DNA of 64,000 bases. Source: an uncultured Acidobacteriaceae bacterium (GTDB lineage Bacteria; Acidobacteriota; Terriglobia; Terriglobales; Acidobacteriaceae). A model generated the notes under the pieces. That model saw only the letters and a program-made list of their open reading frames with translations. It ran no database searches and was not told the origin of the DNA. This document shows, one piece after another, positions 54,370-64,000 of this stretch (position 1 is the first letter of the stretch; every line of letters begins with the position of its first letter). Made by a program: the position numbers and the translations under genes. Location: positions 30,255 to 94,254 of the forward strand of contig CAWJLK010000004.1 of the NCBI GenBank assembly GCA_963843625.1. Reading direction: 5' to 3'.

Positions 54370-54523
54370 TAGCATTTTGGGGAATTGTGTAGACCGAAAG
54401 TTAGTAGGTTTCCCACCCATTTTCACCCCAACGACGAGGACCTGTCGTTGGGGACCCCGATTCCGCAGAAAAACGCGGAATGGATGGGGCACGGAAGTCA
54501 ACAGTAAATCCGAAAATGCCCTA
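54370..54523. repeat. MITE/REPIN-like element carrying a nested 41-bp hairpin insertion
   Basis: Reverse-complement homolog of 5587-5700, with the extra segment 54421-54461 containing CCCCAACGAC/GTCGTTGGGG. Confidence 0.82.
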
Positions 54524-55894
54524 AAAGCTCTTGCGCCGCTCGGCCAACTCATTCGTGATTGTCATGTTGAGCTTCATGCTGATGCCGTAGAAGAGCAGGC
54601 AGATTGCAGTGGCAAGAAACGCCGCACCGGACCAGAGCGCAGCAATCATTGTGATTCCATGCATTGCGTTTGCACTCTGTTGAAGGATCTCCGGCCCGCC
54701 AATTGTCTTCGACTGATAGTTATAGAACGAAAGGAGCCATCCAGCGATCGCTCCGCCCAAAGCCAACCCGATCCATAGAGCAAAGACCACCGCCGCGGTC
54801 ACTGTACCGGTGGCACGGCGTCCTGTCTTCCATTCGCCGTAGTCGGCCACGTCGCCCATCATCGACCAAAGCACTGGGCCGGAACAGCCGAAACAGAATT
54901 GACGTAACACTTCGAGCGCAACGATGGAGTTTGTTGCAGTCGCGGGAAAAGCGATCAGCGCCATACAAAGAACGCCGGTCAACAACATGCTCCAGAAGAA
55001 GAGCATGCGCTTGCCGATGCGCTTGGCAAGAGCCGTCGAGCAGGCTACGCCGATCAGAAGCGCAGTCAATCCGAAGCCGTTAAACCAACTGAAGATGATC
55101 GCGTTGCCTGCGCAGTATTTAAAGAAGGGCAGCATCACGCTGCCGCGGATCATGAGGCCGATAAAGTAGAAGGTCGTCGCCAGGAAAAGCGCGATCCATG
55201 GGCCGTTCTTCATCAGATCGCCCAAGTCCTTCTTGACCGAGGTCTCCTGTTTTGGATCGGGCTGAATACGCTCTTTGGAGACTGCAAAGGCGATGAGGAA
55301 CATCACCACGCTGGCAACCAAAAAGATCCCCATCGTCAATTGATAGCCGCGGGCATTGTTGCCCTGGCCCAGGTATAGGACCATCGGAACAGCCAGACTC
55401 TGCACGATAAAGCCCGCGCCGTTGGCGAAGAGTTGACGGTAGGTGGCAATGCTGTTCCGCTCGTTCGGGTCATCGGTCATCACGCCGGTCAGCGAGGCGT
55501 AGGGCACGTTGTTCATCGTGTAGATGAGGCGAAGCAGCAGATAAGTGACCCAGGCATAGATGAGCTTTCCGGAGACGCTGAGATCCGGAGTGGTGAAGGT
55601 GAGAACGCCGATTACGCCAAAAGGCACGGCGGTCCACAACAGCCAGGGGCGGAATCTGCCCCAACGGGTATTGGTGCGGTCGGCGATGACGCCCATCACC
55701 GGATTGAGAACCGCCATCCCAAGGCCGACGACGAGAAACATCGTTCCCGCTTCTTTTGGCGTCAGCCCGAAGGTGTCAATGTAAAAGCTCAGTTGCAGGG
55801 CCATCATCGCCTGGAAGACGAAGTTGGCCGCCATATCGCCCAGGCCGTATCCGAATTTCTCTCCGAAGGAGAGTTTTGTGCTTGTACTGCTCAT
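54521..55894 (-). CDS. MFS glycoside-pentoside-hexuronide (GPH) symporter
   Basis: [44 protein letters not shown]. Confidence 0.92.
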   Translation of the reverse strand: MSSTSTKLSFGEKFGYGLGDMAANFVFQAMMALQLSFYIDTFGLTPKEAGTMFLVVGLGMAVLNPVMGVIADRTNTRWGRFRPWLLWTAVPFGVIGVLTFTTPDLSVSGKLIYAWVTYLLLRLIYTMNNVPYASLTGVMTDDPNERNSIATYRQLFANGAGFIVQSLAVPMVLYLGQGNNARGYQLTMGIFLVASVVMFLIAFAVSKERIQPDPKQETSVKKDLGDLMKNGPWIALFLATTFYFIGLMIRGSVMLPFFKYCAGNAIIFSWFNGFGLTALLIGVACSTALAKRIGKRMLFFWSMLLTGVLCMALIAFPATATNSIVALEVLRQFCFGCSGPVLWSMMGDVADYGEWKTGRRATGTVTAAVVFALWIGLALGGAIAGWLLSFYNYQSKTIGGPEILQQSANAMHGITMIAALWSGAAFLATAICLLFYGISMKLNMTITNELAERRKSF

Positions 55895-56032
55895 CGGCTT
55901 CTACTCGCTTTCGCCGCAACTCCAAGGTAGTTAGGCGCCGAGCTGAGTCGCCCTGCGCGGTTATCCGGCCTACCATCCTCTCCCGTCAACAGGCGAAGAG
56001 GATGGGCTCCGGCTATCTTCAAACGGGCAACG

Positions 56033-58360
56033 CTACTTGGTCACCTGCAAAATAAGCTTCTTGAGATCGGCATCCTGCGACGAGTTGCCAACCATAATCT
56101 CAAATTCTCCCGGTTCCACGACAAACTTCATCTTCACGTTGTAGAAGGAGAGCGACGCCGGAGTGATGTCGATGGCCACCGTTGTCTTCTCGCCGGACTT
56201 GAGGTGGATCTTGCGGAAGCCTTTCAACTCCTTGATTGGGCGGGTCACCGAGCTGACCAGGTCGCGGATGTAAAGCTGCACGACTTCTGTTCCCGCGCGC
56301 TTTCCGGTGTTGGTTACATCGACAAGCACCTGCGTCGAACCTTTGGTTGTGATCTTCTTCTTTGACAGCCGCGGATTCTCGATGGCGAAGGTGGTGTAAC
56401 TCAATCCAAAGCCAAACGGGAAGAGCGGCGTGGCCTCATCCCACAAGTAGCCGCGGCGCGCCGAGGGCTTGTGGTTGTAGAAGGCCGGAATGTGGCCCAC
56501 CGAGCGCGGAATCGTGATGGGGAGCTTGCCGCCGGGGTTATAAGAGCCAAAGAGCACATCAGCGACCGCGCGCCCCGTCTCCTGGCCCAGATAGAAGCAT
56601 TCGTAAATGGCCGGTACGGATTCCTTGACGGAGTTGATGGAGATGGGACGGCCATTAAAGAGGAAGGCCACGACCGGCTTGCCAAGGGCAACCATCTGGC
56701 GGACCAGCTCTTCCTGCATGCCGACCATGTTGAGACTGGTGCGATCACCCATATGGTTGCGAGCCCAGGCCTCGCGCGAGGTCTGCTCGTTGCCGCCGAT
56801 AGCGAGCACGATCACGTCGGCCTGCTTGGCTACCTCGACTGCCTCGGCAATCGCCTTGCGGTCCTCTTCCGGATTGCTGGCGACGACTTCGTCCTGATTC
56901 CAGGCGCCACCGACCGTAATCTTGCAGCCTTCGCTGTAGAGCACGTTGACACTGTCGCCCAGTTTCTCCTTGATGCCGTCCAGCACCGAGATGCTGTACT
57001 TGGGAACGCCGCTATAGCCGCCCAGTAAGCTGCGATTGGCGTTGGGGCCGATCACCGCCAGCGTCTTGATCTTGCTCTTGTCGAGCGGAACCAGATTGTT
57101 CTCGTTCTTGAGCAGGGTGACGGCTTCGTGTGCTGCCTCGAGCGCCAGTTTGTTGTGCGCCGCACAGCCCACTACGCGGCTGGCCTCTTCGGGATCGGTG
57201 TATGGATCGTCGAACAATCCCATCTCGAACTTCCAGAAGAGCATCGGCGCCACCAGCTCGTCGAGCTGCTTCTCTTTGAGCACACCCTTCTTGACCAGTT
57301 CCACAAGATGTAAGTAGCAGTCCGGATCGGGCAGCTCGATGTTGACGCCTGCCTCGACCGCCAGCCGGCAAGATTCCTTCTTGTCCTTGGCGACGAAGTG
57401 GCCGTGCGTATCCGGCCGGTAACCGAGTTCCCAGATCGCGTAGTAATCGGAGACCACAAATCCCTTGAAGCCCCACTCTTTGCGCAGCACATCGCGCAGC
57501 AGCCACTTGTTGGCGTGAGAGGGAATGCCGTCGATCTCGTTGTAGGATGCCATTACGCTGAGGCATCCGGCCTTTTCAAATGCTTCCTTGAAGGGAAAGA
57601 GGAAGACCTCTCGCAAGGTACGCATGGAAACGTCGGTAGGAGCGCAGTTCTGGCCGCCTTCCGGCTGGGCATGGCCCACAAAGTGCTTCAAACAGGCAAG
57701 AATGTTCTTCTTATCGCGGAAGTTCCTCTTGCCCTGGAAACCCTTCACTGCGGCAATGCCCATGCGCGAAACCAGGAAGGGATCTTCGCCGTAGGTTTCT
57801 TCTACGCGCCCCCAGCGGGGCTCGCGCGCCACATCCACCACCGGTGTCAGAGCCTGATTGGCGCCGCGAAGACGGGCTTCGAGAGCCGTCATCGAGAAGA
57901 GCTTCTCCGCGAGTTCGGGATTGAAGGTGGCGCCCATGGCGATGGGCTGAGGGAAGCTGGTTCCATCCGGCGCGGCCTGCCCGTGGAGGCACTCTTCGTG
58001 GAAGATCACCGGAATGCCCAGACGGGTGTTTTCCAGAAAGAACTTCTGGATGTCATTGGTCAACTGGGCCATCTGGCGGGCGTTTCTGCCGCCGCCGGCA
58101 TCGCTGGGACGGCCAACCTGCCCCAGGCCGTGGCCATCGCGAAACGATTTCTTTGCCTTCTGGAGATCGAAGTTGCCCTTCTCATCCACCAGCTTCTCGG
58201 CCTTCGAGAGCCAGACGCACATCATCTGCGCGGCCTTTTCTTCCAGCGTCATACGCGAAAGCAGATCCTTCACACGCTTGGCGGAGGGCAAACTGGCGTT
58301 TTTGTAAGCCGGAGCGGCTTTGCGTTTGGTCGGAGCATCAGCGGACTTCTGCTTTTTCAT
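56033..58360 (-). CDS. Glycoside hydrolase family 3 (beta-glucosidase/xylosidase), no obvious signal peptide
   Basis: MTLEEK, HEECLHG, REPRWGRVEETYGEDP, LKHF, VVSDY nucleophile, FPFGFGLSYT, Fn3-like ELKGF. Confidence 0.95.
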   Translation of the reverse strand: MKKQKSADAPTKRKAAPAYKNASLPSAKRVKDLLSRMTLEEKAAQMMCVWLSKAEKLVDEKGNFDLQKAKKSFRDGHGLGQVGRPSDAGGGRNARQMAQLTNDIQKFFLENTRLGIPVIFHEECLHGQAAPDGTSFPQPIAMGATFNPELAEKLFSMTALEARLRGANQALTPVVDVAREPRWGRVEETYGEDPFLVSRMGIAAVKGFQGKRNFRDKKNILACLKHFVGHAQPEGGQNCAPTDVSMRTLREVFLFPFKEAFEKAGCLSVMASYNEIDGIPSHANKWLLRDVLRKEWGFKGFVVSDYYAIWELGYRPDTHGHFVAKDKKESCRLAVEAGVNIELPDPDCYLHLVELVKKGVLKEKQLDELVAPMLFWKFEMGLFDDPYTDPEEASRVVGCAAHNKLALEAAHEAVTLLKNENNLVPLDKSKIKTLAVIGPNANRSLLGGYSGVPKYSISVLDGIKEKLGDSVNVLYSEGCKITVGGAWNQDEVVASNPEEDRKAIAEAVEVAKQADVIVLAIGGNEQTSREAWARNHMGDRTSLNMVGMQEELVRQMVALGKPVVAFLFNGRPISINSVKESVPAIYECFYLGQETGRAVADVLFGSYNPGGKLPITIPRSVGHIPAFYNHKPSARRGYLWDEATPLFPFGFGLSYTTFAIENPRLSKKKITTKGSTQVLVDVTNTGKRAGTEVVQLYIRDLVSSVTRPIKELKGFRKIHLKSGEKTTVAIDITPASLSFYNVKMKFVVEPGEFEIMVGNSSQDADLKKLILQVTK

Positions 58361-58836
58361 GCGATCCATTCCTTGAAGTTTTTGTTCGCGAAGATGCCTT
58401 GCGATTGTGTGGAATTAATGAGCATAAATCTATGCGAGGGTTTTGAAAGGTGACAAGGATCACCCAGTGAGTCACGAAAACTGAAAATCCGTAGCTCCTG
58501 CGGAAATGTCGGGGAATAAATGGCGGAAATATTGTCTTCAGACCCAATTAAATCGATGATGACACCTGCGGGAGGCAGGAGATTACCCGCCAACGTCTTC
58601 GGAGAGGTCGTAAACCGTCGAGGTGAAGAGCGCACTTAACCCAACTCCTGAACAGGAAGAGCAGATTCGAACGAAGGTCCCGCAAAGAGGCGGAACCCTT
58701 TGACGCCGCGGAATTGCCCGCTCTGCTGCCTCAATCAATCTAGTTGATCAATATGGAAAGAGCAACAGGGAATGCGTCCTCTTCAAAAGACAAATGTGCC
58801 TGCCTTCCTGCCTTCGGCGCCGGCACTTACCGCAGC

Positions 58837-59934
58837 TTATCGGGCGATTCTTGCCGAACCGCCTTTAATGATCCGTTCTACCTCGGCCAGGCTGGCCATG
58901 CTGGTGTCGCCGGGGGTGGTCATGGCGAGGGCGCCATGGGCTACGCCGCAGCGAACTGCCCAGTCGATGGGCTTGCCCGCCAGAAGCCCGTAAATGAGGC
59001 CTGAAGCGAAGCTGTCGCCGCCACCTACGCGATCCAGAATGTCGATGTCGTGCTGCGGCACGTGGACGATTTTGTCCTCATAGAGCGCAATGGCTCCCCA
59101 TGCGTTGCGGCTGGCTGTGTGCGCGGTGCGCAAGGTGCTGGCGATCAGCTTGAGGTTTGGATAGGCCGACGCGACCTCACGAAGCATCACTTCGTATCCG
59201 GCTATGGGCAGCTCGTCGAAGTCCTCGCTGACACCGGGGATGGCGACGCCGAGCATGGCAGAAAAGTCTTCTTCGTTGCCCAGGAGCAGGTCGACTTTGC
59301 GGACCAGTTCGCGGTTGACCTGCTGGGCCTTGGCTTTGCCGCCGATGGACTTCCACAGGGAGTCACGGAAGTTGAGGTCATAGGAGACTGGAGTGGAGTG
59401 GCGGCGGGCCGCGTCCATGGCCTCGGCGGCCACCTCGGCGGTGGAGGCGGAGAGCGCTGCGAAGATGCCGCCGGTGTGGAACCAGCGGGCGCCATTCTGA
59501 TCGCCGAAGATGGTCTCCCAGTCGAAGTCGCCGGGCTTGATCTGGCTGACGGCGGTGTTGCCGCGGTCGGAGCAGCCGGCGGCTGCGCGCACGCCGAAGC
59601 CTCGCTCAGTGAAGTTGAGGCCGTTGCGAACGGTGCGGCCGACGCCGTCGTAAGGAACCCACTTGAGCAGTGACGGATCGACGCCGCCCTGGAAGATGAG
59701 ATCTTCAACGAGGCGGCCAACCGGGTTTTCAGCTAGCGCGGTGGCGATTGCGGTGCGCAGGCCGAAGCAGCGTCGCAGGCCGCGTGCCACGTTGTATTCG
59801 CCGCCGCCCTCCCAAACCTGAAACTGGCGCGTGGTATGGATGCGGCTCTCGCCGGGATCGAGGCGGAGCATGACTTCGCCGAGGCTCAGGCAGTCCCAGC
59901 GGCGGGAGGAATCGGGAATTAGGATGTTGTTCAT
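58837..59934 (-). CDS. kdgK: PfkB-family sugar kinase, 2-keto-3-deoxygluconate kinase-like
   Basis: LGEVMLRL, GGGEYNVA, YDLNFR..LW, GNEED, DRVGGGDSF, TTPGD. Confidence 0.82.
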   Translation of the reverse strand: MNNILIPDSSRRWDCLSLGEVMLRLDPGESRIHTTRQFQVWEGGGEYNVARGLRRCFGLRTAIATALAENPVGRLVEDLIFQGGVDPSLLKWVPYDGVGRTVRNGLNFTERGFGVRAAAGCSDRGNTAVSQIKPGDFDWETIFGDQNGARWFHTGGIFAALSASTAEVAAEAMDAARRHSTPVSYDLNFRDSLWKSIGGKAKAQQVNRELVRKVDLLLGNEEDFSAMLGVAIPGVSEDFDELPIAGYEVMLREVASAYPNLKLIASTLRTAHTASRNAWGAIALYEDKIVHVPQHDIDILDRVGGGDSFASGLIYGLLAGKPIDWAVRCGVAHGALAMTTPGDTSMASLAEVERIIKGGSARIAR

Positions 59935-60122
59935 CGGTCAAAGATACTTTAGCGCATCTCACCTTGAGTCGGCCACGGCGACGCTTTCGGCAGCGGTATT
60001 GCCTTAAGTGATAGAGTTTTTGGTTGGGCGCCTGTCGTGCAACTTCCTCTTGAGCGCGAGCGTCTCTTCAAACGAACTCTGAAGATCAGCCATGAATCGA
60101 TTGTCGAGGGTGCATTTAGTTC

Positions 60123-60899
60123 ATGAGGCAAACTTTATTCGACTTGAGCGGCAGGGTTGCGGTGGTGACCGGGGGAACGACCGGGTTGGGCTACGCAATT
60201 GCCCTTGGCCTGGCGGAGGCCGGGGCGGACGTGGTGGCCAGCTCGAGGCGGGCGCATCAAGTGGAAAACGTGGCCGCTAAGATCAGTGCGCTCGGACGGC
60301 GAACGCTCTGCGTCGCCAGCGACGTGCTGGAGCGGGGCTCGGTGCAGGAACTGCACGATGCGGTTTTGAAAGAGTTCGGCCGGGTGGATATTCTGGTGAA
60401 TGCCGCTGGGATTACCCGCAAGGGGCCGACGATTGAGATGGACGAGGCCGACTGGTCGCGGGTGATGGAAACAAACCTGACAGGAACCCTGCGGGCATGC
60501 CAGATCTTCGGCGCGAGCATGGTTCGCGCAGGCTATGGGCGGATCGTCAACATCGCTTCCCTCTCGTCTTTCGTAAGCTTCTATGAGGTGGCGGCTTACT
60601 CGGCGAGCAAGGCTGCGGTTGCCTCGCTGACTCGGTCGCTGGCCGTGGAGTTGGCGCGGAAAGGCGTGAATGTGAACGCCATTGCTCCGGGAGTTTTTTC
60701 AACGCCGCTGAATGCTTCGCTGGTGGAAGGAACGCCTCGCGGGAAAGAACTGCTCTTGCGAACACCAATGGCACGATTTGGCGAGGCGGGGGAGATTGCG
60801 GGGGCGGCGATCTTTTTGGCTTCGGAGGCAGCTTCGTTCATCACCGGCCAAGTGATTGCTGTCGATGGCGGCTTCCTGGCAAGCGGCGTAAACCAGTAA
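60123..60899 (+). CDS. Short-chain dehydrogenase, probable hexuronate/D-mannonate oxidoreductase
   Basis: [35 protein letters not shown]; directly upstream of manD. Confidence 0.85.
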   Translation: MRQTLFDLSGRVAVVTGGTTGLGYAIALGLAEAGADVVASSRRAHQVENVAAKISALGRRTLCVASDVLERGSVQELHDAVLKEFGRVDILVNAAGITRKGPTIEMDEADWSRVMETNLTGTLRACQIFGASMVRAGYGRIVNIASLSSFVSFYEVAAYSASKAAVASLTRSLAVELARKGVNVNAIAPGVFSTPLNASLVEGTPRGKELLLRTPMARFGEAGEIAGAAIFLASEAASFITGQVIAVDGGFLASGVNQ

Positions 60900-60934
60900 A
60901 CAGAGATGAGCAGGATTGTGGAGCTTTCAACGCA

Positions 60935-62143
60935 ATGAAGATCACCAACGCTTACGTGAACATCACGTCGCCGGGCAGAAACTTTGTCACGCTGAAAATC
61001 GAGACGGACGAGGGCATCTATGGCTTGGGCGACGGAACGCTGAACGGGCGCGAGCTATCGGTAGCGAGTTATCTCACCGACCACGTAATTCCCTGCATCA
61101 TCGGCCGCGATCCATTTCAGACCGAAGATATCTGGCAATATCTTTACCGCGGGCCCTACTGGCGGCGCGGTCCGGTCACGATGGCTGCAATTGCCGCGGT
61201 GGATGTAGCTTTGTGGGACATCAAAGGCAAGGCGCTCAATACTCCGGTATATAACTTGCTCGGAGGCAAGAGCCGCGAGAACGTACTCGTGTACTGCCAC
61301 GCTACTGGCAAAGATATCGACCAGGCTCTTGAAGACGTAGCGCAACACCAGGAGATGGGCTACAAGGCGATCCGCGTGCAAAGCGGCGTACCCGGCCTTT
61401 CAAGCACTTACGGTATCTCAAAGAAGCCGGGAAGATATGAGCCGGCCGAGCGCGGGCTGCCATCGGAGTATGAGTGGTCCACCGAGTTATATATGCGTCA
61501 CGTTCCCAAGCTGTTTGCGCGCGTGCGCGAGAGCTTTGGCGAGGACCTGCACCTGCTGCACGACTGCCATCATCGTATGACTCCCATCGAGGCAGGACGT
61601 CTAGGTAAGGAGCTGGAACCATATCACTTGTTTTGGATAGAAGATCCAACGCCGGGCGAGTTACAGGAGGGTTTCAAGATCATTCGCCAACACACGACCA
61701 CTCCAATTGCTGTGGGCGAGGTCTTCAACTCGATCTGGGATGCGCACGATCTGATCCGGAATCAATGGATCGACTATCTTCGCATGACGATTGTGCACGG
61801 CGGCGGCCTTACGCATATGAAGAAGGTTGCCGACTTTGCGGAGCTATATCATGTACGCACCGGATTCCATGGCGCCACCGATCTTTCGCCTGTGACTATG
61901 GCTGCGGCGCTGCACTTTGACATGGCGATTCATAACTTCGGCATTCAGGAACATATGCCGCACACCGACGAGACAGATCAAGTTTTCCCGCATCAGTATT
62001 GTTTTAGGGACGGATTCATGCATCCGGGCGATGCGCCGGGTATTGGAGTGGATCTGGACGAAGCGCTGGCGGCGAAGTATCCCTATCAGCGGGCCTATCT
62101 ACCCATCAACCGAAAGCTGGACGGAACGCTGACGGACTGGTAA
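60935..62143 (+). CDS. manD: D-mannonate dehydratase (enolase superfamily, RspA/ManD)
   Basis: [47 protein letters not shown]. Confidence 0.93.
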   Translation: MKITNAYVNITSPGRNFVTLKIETDEGIYGLGDGTLNGRELSVASYLTDHVIPCIIGRDPFQTEDIWQYLYRGPYWRRGPVTMAAIAAVDVALWDIKGKALNTPVYNLLGGKSRENVLVYCHATGKDIDQALEDVAQHQEMGYKAIRVQSGVPGLSSTYGISKKPGRYEPAERGLPSEYEWSTELYMRHVPKLFARVRESFGEDLHLLHDCHHRMTPIEAGRLGKELEPYHLFWIEDPTPGELQEGFKIIRQHTTTPIAVGEVFNSIWDAHDLIRNQWIDYLRMTIVHGGGLTHMKKVADFAELYHVRTGFHGATDLSPVTMAAALHFDMAIHNFGIQEHMPHTDETDQVFPHQYCFRDGFMHPGDAPGIGVDLDEALAAKYPYQRAYLPINRKLDGTLTDW

Positions 62144-62274
62144 GTGTCGGGTCGGTGAAAGCCGCTGTGACCTTTCATCGCCGCCGGATGAGCTGTAACT
62201 GTGGTTTTGTGACGGCGTCTATTACGGACGTTACGCTGGCAATAACAACAGATACCCGCAAAGGAGAAAGAGAT

Positions 62275-62718
62275 ATGATGACTCGCCGAGATTTGTTCGT
62301 CGCTTTGACTGCAACAGCGTTGACTGCCGGCGCATTTGCACTGTCGGGCCAGTCACCCATCATGCACTCTGAGGTATTCGATTGGAACTCAATCGCATCC
62401 AAGCCGACAGAGGTCGGTTCAGTGCGATCGTTCTTCAAAGCGCGTACTGCCACGTTGAATGAACTGGAGGTACATGTAACTACGCTGGAACCTGGAAAAG
62501 CTTCGCATGTGCCGCATCGACATCCTAATGAAGAGTTGATCATCGTGAAGCAAGGCACCGTTGAGACTCTGTCGAACGGAGAATGGAAACGAGTGGGCCC
62601 CGGCTCGGTGATCTTCAACGCCTCGAACGAACTGCACGGGCTGAGAAACGTGGGGACTGACGAGGCGATTTACCATGTCATCAATTGGAAGTCCGATGCT
62701 ACTCCGGCAGCTCAATAA
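62275..62718 (+). CDS. Cupin-domain protein with a Tat-like signal
   Basis: SD AAGGAG, TRRDLF twin-arginine motif, H.PHRHPNEE, ASNELHG. Confidence 0.85.
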   Translation: MMTRRDLFVALTATALTAGAFALSGQSPIMHSEVFDWNSIASKPTEVGSVRSFFKARTATLNELEVHVTTLEPGKASHVPHRHPNEELIIVKQGTVETLSNGEWKRVGPGSVIFNASNELHGLRNVGTDEAIYHVINWKSDATPAAQ

Positions 62719-62844
62719 TAATATTGAGCTGCCAATAGGACTCCGTTGAAGGAACTCATTGGGAGAGAAGCTAATATACGCGGAGATCGGTATCAATACT
62801 CCCATTATGAGTTAGTGGAAGAGGCACGCGATCGTCGCGCGGTT

Positions 62845-64000
62845 CTATCTGTGATAACTCTCTGGAGGACCGAGGTAACTGGGGGGAAGAGGGCCTTGAC
62901 TGATGATAAGCTTTTCCAGCACCACGCCTGCGTCGACCATCCTGAATTTCAAGGTATGATAGCCCGGTCCGCCTGCGTCGAGTGTGGATGTGACTTTGCG
63001 AACGCCGTCGCTGACCGCTTTCTCCCAGTCCTTTTCTGAGCTATGTTCCAAGGCGTCGACGACTTGCGGTTGTTGGTCATCGAATGAGATGGCATAACGC
63101 AACCCGCGTCCCGGCACGAAATTCAGCGTAGGGGCCAGGACCGCCTCTACGTTGAACTTGCCTCCCTCGAATAGGTACATCTTATATTCAAGAACAGGCG
63201 CGGATTGAGGCGGTTCCACGCTTGGAGTAGTCACCGGAAAGACTTCCATTCCCGAGAGTGTCTCGCCGAAGCCGGGAATTTTATCCCAGTGCGCGTTGCC
63301 TTCAGCTATCTGACCGGTGAAATGTTCCGCTTCGATCGATACGTAGCCATTCGCTTGCACAAAGCCTTGTAGGAATTCAACTTTGGGTAGAGGAGGATTA
63401 AACGCCTTGACCTGCACTAGAACGATTGCGCCGTTCTTCTGCGCGATGGTTATTATGCCAGTACTTGTGCCCTCTTGCATCGTGGCCCAGTCAATACTGA
63501 CGTGGATCCGCTTCACTTCCGAGACAGTGCCTTGCGTTTCGCTCAACTTAACCCATGGTTGATCGGCGCTTGCCGTAAATTCGAAAGGCTCGGTGCCGCG
63601 ATTGAAAACGTCGATGTACTGAGTCTGGCGATTAAAGACGTCGAAGACAGGAAGGGCCTGTGGCGTAATTCCGCTCGATCCGGCAAAGGGAGAGCCCTCG
63701 ACCGCAACCGCCATTCTCGCCCCTGAGGCAGGCTGCACTCTGGTGACGGCAGGCATAGCGTTGAGCGGAGGCTCATTCCAAAATGTGTAGCCGATATGGG
63801 TCTGGTCCATCATGTGGTTCCATTTGCCGTGTGCAAGTTGATGGTTATACTCGGCGGAAAGTGTCGCGTCGGCCGCGAAGAGGGCTTGCGCTTGAGCGAA
63901 GAGATCGTTTGCCTCCACTCTGCCTTGCGCTGCATATAAGTGATTTCTGCCTACGGTGATGTATAACTCATTGACAATCGCCGAGGCTTTCACTGGATAT
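62845..64000 (-). CDS. Glycoside hydrolase family 115 (xylan alpha-glucuronidase), C-terminal part; runs off the window
   Basis: YAAQGR, GKWNHMMDQTHIGY..W, GYVSIEAEH, PTLNF, G.HTLK...DAGVVLEK. Confidence 0.85.
   Translation of the reverse strand, partial: YPVKASAIVNELYITVGRNHLYAAQGRVEANDLFAQAQALFAADATLSAEYNHQLAHGKWNHMMDQTHIGYTFWNEPPLNAMPAVTRVQPASGARMAVAVEGSPFAGSSGITPQALPVFDVFNRQTQYIDVFNRGTEPFEFTASADQPWVKLSETQGTVSEVKRIHVSIDWATMQEGTSTGIITIAQKNGAIVLVQVKAFNPPLPKVEFLQGFVQANGYVSIEAEHFTGQIAEGNAHWDKIPGFGETLSGMEVFPVTTPSVEPPQSAPVLEYKMYLFEGGKFNVEAVLAPTLNFVPGRGLRYAISFDDQQPQVVDALEHSSEKDWEKAVSDGVRKVTSTLDAGGPGYHTLKFRMVDAGVVLEKLIISQGPLPPSYLGPPESYHR

Noticed and set aside
58400-58830. Long spacer between kdgK and GH3 as an ncRNA or small gene
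   Set aside because: No convincing long-range pairing, terminator or coding signal; probably promoter DNA.

Overview
A GC-rich bacterial chromosomal window, most consistent with Acidobacteriota (Acidobacteriaceae/Terracidiphilus-like), judged from the ADOP-type ABC permeases, the ccsA-hemA-hemC-hemD cluster with hemQ, and REP-like intergenic hairpins. Many conserved genes, including essential ones, are split by single-base frameshifts, which I read as long-read consensus errors rather than true pseudogenes. Content in order: thrC; two tandem copies of an outer-membrane beta-barrel plus small PstS-like protein module, each with a sigma-28-type promoter and a conserved structured 5' leader; murB; a bacilliredoxin; two APC permeases; thiE-like; DinB; a DUF900-like hydrolase with a membrane partner; accC, accB and an M24 peptidase; an HTH protein; an M48 peptidase; a SpoIIE/PP2C sensor phosphatase; a candidate structured ncRNA; an OmpR-type two-component pair; ino1; DedA; hemQ; a REP-flanked orphan gene; nth; a MazG-like pyrophosphatase; hemD, hemC, hemA, ccsA; an AmgK-RapZ-C fusion with MurU-like partner; a ~15 kb sigma-54-type export operon (MFP, 2 ATPases, 3 ADOP permeases, TolC, NtrC-like regulator, kinase); and a glucuronoxylan/hexuronate locus (GPH transporter, GH3, KdgK, SDR, ManD, cupin, GH115). 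No rRNA, tRNA, CRISPR array, transposase or prophage was seen. The best novelty candidate is the duplicated sigma-28/structured-leader/porin/mini-binding-protein module at 1530-5526. All family calls come from motif recognition by eye, not database searches.
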